Positions 58,704 to 64,000 of a stretch of 64,000 nucleotides of DNA are shown here, piece after piece. Each line of letters begins with the position of its first letter. The first letter of the stretch is position 1. Source of the stretch: Sedimentisphaerales bacterium (GTDB lineage: Bacteria > Planctomycetota > Phycisphaerae > Sedimentisphaerales > Anaerobacaceae). Below the pieces are notes generated by a model. That model saw only the letters and a program-made list of their open reading frames with translations, was not told where the DNA came from and did not search any database. Where the stretch lies: positions 6,272,001 to 6,336,000 of the forward strand of contig OY970194.1 of NCBI GenBank assembly GCA_963708075.1. The letters run 5' to 3'. The position numbers and the translations under genes were made by a program.

Positions 58704-59238
58704 TCTGTTAACAAGGGTAATTGAGGCGGTGTACCGCGGCGTCGAGGCAGGTGTTTCTCCTGCGCCGTGGGACCTGCTCACAGCACCCTCCGTGCAATGG
58801 CACGAACCCGAGGCCTGTGTCGATCTGACACAGGCCTCGGTCTTTTATGGGGGATGCCGGACGACTCATACCCATTCTGGCGGAGTGTTTCCTCCTGCAA
58901 GAAGGCATGTCGGCTGCTGACTTCCGCCAAATCCTGTCACTCCCGTAGATCCGCTCCTTAGCTCCCTGAAGGTCCGAATTTCTTTGGCTTGCCTCCGGTG
59001 GTATGGGCTTTGAGGCCTGTAGAGACACTGAATATGGGATTTGTGCAGGGATGTCCGAGATTGCGAGGTGTCTTCGTCCGAAGACTAAACCGGCAGGCCC
59101 CACTGGACGATATTGCCAACGGATTTCGACTGGGCGGGCGGTAGGGCGAATGATGATTCGCCTGTACTCGGGCCCGCCGCAGAAATGGGGCTGGAAGCCA
59201 AAAAACGTATCGTGACTGAGGACGGGTGGTAACCGAAT

Positions 59239-60111
59239 TTGCCCTTGGTGGCTGGGGCCGAGAGGCTCGCAGTCGGGCGGGAGGACACTATCGTTTTCGA
59301 TGCAACTCTCAAAGATTATCTCAAGGAAATCGACGAGTCATCACTGCTGACGTGGGAGCAGGAGTACGAGCTGGGCAAGCGGGTGGTGGAGGACAACGAC
59401 CCCTTGGCCCGCGAGCAGCTCGTGCGAAGCAATCTGCGGCTGGTGGTCAACATTGCCAAGAAGTACGCCGGGCGGGGCATGGGTCTGAGCGACCTGATAG
59501 AGGAAGGCAACCTCGGCCTGATCAAGGCGGTGGACTACTTCGATCCCGAGCGGGGCACGCGCTTCAGCACGTACGCGGCGTGGTGGATCAAGCAGGGCAT
59601 CAAGCGGGCCCTGCTGGAGAACGTGCAGCCGGTGCACGTGCCGACGTACATGGTCTCGCTGATCAACCAGTGGCGTCACACGGCGGCGGAAGTGGAGGGC
59701 CGGCTCGGCAGGAAGCTGAGCGTCGAGGAGATGGCCCACCTGATGCACATGCCGCTGCGCAAGGCCAACGTCATCCATCACATCGTCGAGGTGCTCAGCA
59801 ACGCCGGGGAAAGCCTCAACGGCGACGACCAGGACGAGAACCAGGTGCTCGAATCGACGCTGGAGGATGAGCACGCCGGCCAGCCGGAGGACTCCCTCGT
59901 CCAGGACGAGGAAAAGGCCAAGGCCATCATGCTGCTCGATGAGATCGAGCCGCGAGAGGCCGAGGTGCTTCGGCTGCATTACGGCTTGGATGGCGGCCGC
60001 CCCCTCACCCTCAAGGAGATCGGCAAGAAGCTGGGCCTGACCCGCGAACGCATTCGGCAGATCCGGCGCGATGCCCTGATCAGCCTCTACGAGTACATGG
60101 AAGCGGAATAG
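59239..60111 (+). CDS. RNA polymerase sigma factor, RpoD/RpoS-like (start uncertain)
   Basis: YLKEI, NLRLVVNIAKKY, DLIEEGNLGLIKAV, RFSTYAAWWIKQ, TLKEIG..LTRERIRQI. Confidence 0.93.
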   Translation: MPLVAGAERLAVGREDTIVFDATLKDYLKEIDESSLLTWEQEYELGKRVVEDNDPLAREQLVRSNLRLVVNIAKKYAGRGMGLSDLIEEGNLGLIKAVDYFDPERGTRFSTYAAWWIKQGIKRALLENVQPVHVPTYMVSLINQWRHTAAEVEGRLGRKLSVEEMAHLMHMPLRKANVIHHIVEVLSNAGESLNGDDQDENQVLESTLEDEHAGQPEDSLVQDEEKAKAIMLLDEIEPREAEVLRLHYGLDGGRPLTLKEIGKKLGLTRERIRQIRRDALISLYEYMEAE

Positions 60112-60123
60112 CCGGATTTCGGT

Positions 60124-60250
60124 ATTTACGATTTGCGATTTATGATTTATGATTTATGCGAGTGAGCGCGATGGTTTCTCCATCAGCTCATCGAATTGTG
60201 TCAGCCGCGTAAAGGCTGAATCGTAAATCATCAATTGTAAATCGTAAATC
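60124..60250. repeat. Inverted pair of heptamer (AATCGTA-type) tandem repeats
   Basis: atttacgatttgcgatttatgatttatg ... aatcgtaaatcatcaattgtaaatcgtaaatc; similar tracts at 8297-8328, 39552-39583 and 48622-48640. Confidence 0.75.
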
Positions 60251-60263
60251 CAAGGAGGGGCCG

Positions 60264-60791
60264 ATGACGACCGAACGCATCGCCCTGGCACGATTCATTC
60301 GTGACATTCCGGACTGGCCGAAGAAGGGCATCCTGTTCCGGGACATCACGCCACTGTTGGCCGATCCGCAGGCCTTCCCGGCCGCGATCGACGCCATGTG
60401 CGAGCCATTCGAGGACGCGGGCGTTGAGTATGTCGCCGCTGTCGAGGCTCGCGGATTCATCTTCGGAGCCGCCGCGGCCGCCAGGCTTCGCGCCGGCTTT
60501 GTCCCCATCCGCAAGAAGGGCAAGCTGCCCTGGCAAACGGAGAGCGCCACCTACGAGCTCGAGTACGGCGTGGACACGCTGGAGATGCACCGCGATGCGC
60601 TGCGCCCGGGAGCGAAGGTGCTCATGGTGGATGATCTCCTCGCCACCGGCGGCACGATGCGAGCGGCCTGCCACCTCGTCGAAAAAGTCGGCGGCAAAAT
60701 CGTCGGCGTCGCCTGTCTCGTGGAACTCAAAGCCCTCAACGGCCGAAAACGCCTCACCGGCTACGACGTCCACGCGGTCATCTGTTATTGA
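60264..60791 (+). CDS. apt: Adenine phosphoribosyltransferase
   Basis: IPDWPKKGILFRDITPLL, EARGF, RKKGKLP, LEYG, VDDLLATGGT. Confidence 0.97.
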   Translation: MTTERIALARFIRDIPDWPKKGILFRDITPLLADPQAFPAAIDAMCEPFEDAGVEYVAAVEARGFIFGAAAAARLRAGFVPIRKKGKLPWQTESATYELEYGVDTLEMHRDALRPGAKVLMVDDLLATGGTMRAACHLVEKVGGKIVGVACLVELKALNGRKRLTGYDVHAVICY

Positions 60792-61669
60792 CTGCCACTT
60801 TTTCTTTGCCCCGTCACGACACGGTCGTGGCCGATCATGTCTTTGTCCACCTTGATGGACGGGAATAGACCCGTCTTCTCCAGAAGCTCGCGGACGGCGG
60901 GGCCCTGGGTGTAGCCGATCTCCAGGAGCAGGGCGCCGTCGGGCTTCAGGAAGCGGCCCACCTGCTCGCTGATTCTGCGATAGATGTCCAGGCCGTCCTG
61001 CCCGCCGTACAGGGCGAGCCGAGGCTCGTAATCCTTCACGTTTTTCTCCAGTTCCTCGTATTCGGCGGCGCTGACGTAGGGCGGATTGCACGCGATCAGG
61101 TCGAACTGCGTCACGTCGAGCGGCGGGAGCAGCGGCTCAAACAGGTCGCCGTGGAGCAGCTCGATCCGGTCTTCGAGTTGATACTTTTTGATGTTCCTGG
61201 CGGCCACGCCCAGTGCGGCCTCCGAGAGATCCGTGGCGACGACGCGTGCGTCCGGCACGTTCTTCGCGACGGCGACCGCGATTGTGCCGCAGCCCGTGCA
61301 CAGGTCGCAGACGTGGCGGGGCCCCGTGCGCTGCCGGAGAAATTCGATGGCCCGCTGCACGAGCAGCTCGGTCTCCGGCCGGGGAATCAGGCAGTCGGGC
61401 GTGACCTCGAATTCAATGGAGTAGAACTCCGTCCTGCCGACGAGGTAGGCGATGGGCTCGTGCTGGCCGGCACGCTTGACCAGCTCTCGCAGCTTGGCCA
61501 AGTACTCCTCCTCGACGACGCGGTTGTATTGCGTGTAGAGCTCGATCCGTTTCAACCCGAGCACGCTGGACAGCAGAAGCTCTGCGCTGAGGCGGGGTGC
61601 GTCCACCCCTTTCTGCGTCAGGTACTCCGTCGTCCACGTCAGGAGCTTCTGAATCGTCCATTCACTCAT
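60785..61669 (-). CDS. prmC: Release factor glutamine methyltransferase
   Basis: EPIAYLVG, LIPRPETE, DLCTGCG, NPPY, LLEIG. Confidence 0.95.
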   Translation of the reverse strand: MSEWTIQKLLTWTTEYLTQKGVDAPRLSAELLLSSVLGLKRIELYTQYNRVVEEEYLAKLRELVKRAGQHEPIAYLVGRTEFYSIEFEVTPDCLIPRPETELLVQRAIEFLRQRTGPRHVCDLCTGCGTIAVAVAKNVPDARVVATDLSEAALGVAARNIKKYQLEDRIELLHGDLFEPLLPPLDVTQFDLIACNPPYVSAAEYEELEKNVKDYEPRLALYGGQDGLDIYRRISEQVGRFLKPDGALLLEIGYTQGPAVRELLEKTGLFPSIKVDKDMIGHDRVVTGQRKSGSQ

Positions 61670-62352
61670 TCGTGTTGCCTCGCCACAAGAAGATTGTCCT
61701 GCCGGACGATGCGAATGGCGAAGTCATACTTGTCGATTTCCAGCGCCATCTCGACGTCCTGCGGATAGCAGTGCGGCGGATCGGGCTCGGCCAGCCTGGC
61801 AATCTCGCCGCTCTGCAGCACGAGTGTCCGGATCGCGTGCGTATCCTGTTGGCGGCCCTGCAGCAGGTTCCGCAGGTACAGGGCGCACAGCTCATCCTCA
61901 TCCGTGCGTATCAGCCCGTTGTATCCCATGGCCACAATCGTGACCAGCGGGGGGGCCTCGTCCAGGATGGCCCGCGCCGTGGCCTTGGCCGTGACGAGCG
62001 ATCCGGCATAGATCGCCGTCGCGCCTGTCGCCGCCTCGACCCCAACAGTCCCCGCCCGCGTCGACTGGATGACGACCTTATCTTTCAACGGGGCTCGTGC
62101 CATATCATGGGGCGAATTGCCGAAATCAAAGCCCTCCGGCCGCTTGCCGTCCACCTCGCCTACGCACACCTCCCCAACGCCGTTATCCCGAAGTCGCAGT
62201 GCATCATCCGGCTCGGCAACCATGACAATCCGGCTGGCCCCACGCGCCAGCGCAACCGCCGCCGTCGTGAAAGCCCGGAAAACATCTATGATGACTACCG
62301 TTCCCCGGGCCCGTCGTGCACCTTCAATGAGACTCTCTATCCTGATCTCCAT
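61666..62352 (-). CDS. comB: 2-phosphosulfolactate phosphatase family protein
   Basis: VIIDVFRAFTT, GEVDG..GFDFGNSP, STRAGT, EDELCA. Confidence 0.88.
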   Translation of the reverse strand: MEIRIESLIEGARRARGTVVIIDVFRAFTTAAVALARGASRIVMVAEPDDALRLRDNGVGEVCVGEVDGKRPEGFDFGNSPHDMARAPLKDKVVIQSTRAGTVGVEAATGATAIYAGSLVTAKATARAILDEAPPLVTIVAMGYNGLIRTDEDELCALYLRNLLQGRQQDTHAIRTLVLQSGEIARLAEPDPPHCYPQDVEMALEIDKYDFAIRIVRQDNLLVARQHE

Positions 62353-62507
62353 AGAACTCCAAAGAATGCTACCCTGCTACCAACGCCGAGAATACACCAC
62401 CCCCGCCCCCAGGCAAGCAGAATTCCCCGCTGCCTCAGTCTCGCCCGCCCCCAAGCGACATGCCTGCCTGTGCCATAAATCACTGCCTGTAAAACAGTTA
62501 CATTCAG

Positions 62508-63256
62508 ATTGGCTTTGTTTCGCACGGTAGCCGCGGCCAGAAATTGGCTTTGTTTCGCGCAATCCGCCTGTCGTGTAGGGTGGGCTGTGCCCACCATTGT
62601 CCCAGCAGCAAATTGGCTTTGTTTCGCACACCACCCAGCCTGGAAATTGGCTTTGTTTCGCAAAGACCCTCCTTGGCCCTCCCGTAGGGTGTGCCATGCA
62701 CACCATCTGCCTGACAGGGGAGATTGGCTTTGTTTCATACCGGCCTTTGTTCGTAGTGACGCCGCAAGGCGTTTTTTCCGACGCCTGACAGAATTGGCTT
62801 TGTTTTACGCGCAGGCACGATCCGCACTTTCTCTCATAACCCTCTTTCCGACCAGCAGTTAGCATCCACCCTACCTCCTGCAGATTGGCTTTGTTTCGCA
62901 CGATAGCCCCAGCCCTGGTGGGCGGCCCCCCGACAAATTGGCTTTGTTTGGCACAATCAGGTCTTTCGTTCCCGCCCAACAAGCCTGGGCAAATTGGCTT
63001 TGTTTCGCACAGCACCTCCTCAGCCCCCTCTTGCGGTCCGCCGGGCAAAGGAATTGGCTTTGTTTTGCACAGCCGCCCGTCTGGCAATTGGCTTTGTTTC
63101 ACAGAATCAGCCACGCGGTTGTCTCCCGCCCGCTTGCCTGTCTCCTGCAATTGGCTTTGTTTCGCATAATCGGCTCGTTGGCTGTCCATGTTATTGTCAG
63201 GAGCAGAGCAACAAAGCAATCTCGACGCCGGGAATGGAATTGGCTTTGTTTTACAG
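62508..63256 (-). repeat. Interspaced array of 13 repeats (minus strand GCGAAACAAAGCCAAT; invariant core ATTGGCTTTGTTT on plus)
   Basis: Core starts at 62508, 62543, 62612, 62646, 62723, 62793, 62884, 62937, 62993, 63053, 63087, 63150, 63239; periods 34-91 bp. Confidence 0.95.
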
Positions 63257-63266
63257 AATCAGCCAT

Positions 63267-63326
63267 GCGTGGGTCCCCGGCTCTCTTCGTGTTGCCCCGA
63301 TTGGCAAAGATTTGGGCCTCGCTGAC
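63267..63326 (-). pseudogene. 20-codon remnant homologous to the N-terminus of the 8345 gene
   Basis: VSEAQIFANRGNTKRAGDPR vs ASEAQVTANRRNAAKSTGPR, 10/20 identical without gaps; AGGAG RBS just upstream. Confidence 0.7.
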
Positions 63327-63382
63327 ACGGTCTCCTATCGCCTCTTTCCTATCCAGGTTCTGTTGTATTTTGTTTAATGAAT

Positions 63383-63411
63383 ATCATACTCAGTGCGGCA
63401 ATATTAGTCAA
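63383..63411 (-). promoter_or_regulatory. Near-consensus sigma70 promoter pointing into the remnant and array
   Basis: Minus strand TTGACT-17 nt-TATGAT in an AT-rich stretch. Confidence 0.7.
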
Positions 63412-63871
63412 GTGAAAAATCCGGAAATCTTCTCAGCCGCTGATCTGCCGGGACTCGCTGACGATTGCCGGTCACTGACAACCGATCTTCATCCCCAGAT
63501 TGCGCAGATTTCACAGATTCAAAAAGGGATTGCTGTGTGAGCTTAGACGCTTGTGCCACGGTGACTTATGTTATCACTACTTTAGGCCACCGAACATGTC
63601 CCGCCTGACAAATAGCACTTCAGTGGCGTCCTGACGTGCGTTTCAACACCTTCACGCAAGAAAGACCCTTGCCTACTCGGCATTCATCCGGCATAATACA
63701 CGATTGATGGGCATCACTGATGAAGCTGCGGGGAAATGGTTCGAGGTATTAGCTGGCAACGTACCTGCAACAGCTCGGGGACCTGTCAGCTTATTCACGA
63801 TAATGAGATGTGGAACTTGGCCCCATTCTCCCGAGGCGGAAGGCCGTAGAGTTTAGCGAGACTTCTGAGCG

Positions 63872-64000
63872 ATGACAATTGACTACAGACTGGATGATCT
63901 CGGCTGGTTCGAATTTGAACAGCTCGTTCAGGCTCTCGTGAAGTCACACCTTGGTATGGGGATAGAGGCATGGGGCGGACATGGTGATTGGGGTCGCGAC
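63872..64000 (+). CDS. 5' part of a protein with a restriction-endonuclease-like (Mrr-type PD-(D/E)xK) N-terminus; truncated by the window edge
   Basis: MTIDYRLDDLGWFEFEQLVQALVKSHLGMGIEAWGGHGDWGRD: FE.L helix followed by D.G.D. Confidence 0.6.
   Translation, partial: MTIDYRLDDLGWFEFEQLVQALVKSHLGMGIEAWGGHGDWGRD

Noticed and set aside
62508..63256. Calling the array a CRISPR
   Set aside because: Core repeat only 13-16 bp and non-palindromic, periods range 34-91 bp, spacers include duplications and REPs, and no cas genes in the window
62337..63540. ORF-track proteins with KQSQ/NKAN/TKPI or LALF/IGFV/WLCF repeats
   Set aside because: The repeat appears in all frames within the same ORFs, so these are translations of a DNA repeat, not protein repeats

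Overview
GC-rich bacterial chromosomal segment, probably Planctomycetota (Phycisphaerae/Sedimentisphaerales-like). This is inferred from the prepilin/H-X-DG protein, PQQ-like beta-propeller, OmcB-like DUF11 lipoprotein and PA14/LamG secreted protein. The backbone is housekeeping: tdh-kbl, tRNA-Ala(GGC), hypFCDEAB, nadD, lysA, accBC, thyX, yggS, argS, rsfS, hppA, argJ, argC, rplM-rpsI, nrdJ with two NrdR boxes, uvrC, a sigma-70 factor, apt, prmC and comB. Several genes carry single-base frameshifts that look like assembly errors. The most striking signal is a two-copy, apparently uncharacterised element: a near-consensus sigma70 promoter, then a gene starting MASEAQxxANRxN, then an array of GCGAAACAAAGCCAAT repeats with variable, partly REP-derived spacers. 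One copy has a full ORF (8.1-9.7 kb). The other keeps only the promoter, RBS and a 20-codon remnant, followed by 13 repeats (62.5-63.4 kb). Other notable items: the kbl 3' end is present three times and brackets cargo cassettes; three MNT-HEPN pairs; a Nudix-like/TIR fusion; a DUF350-like/GSP-synthase-like/GGFG-tail module abutting hypF; a 31-aa Lys-rich ORF; a 6S-like RNA candidate; a recurrent TAA-N19-TTA dyad; and the start of a restriction-endonuclease-like gene at the right edge. All calls come from reading the sequence; no searches were run.
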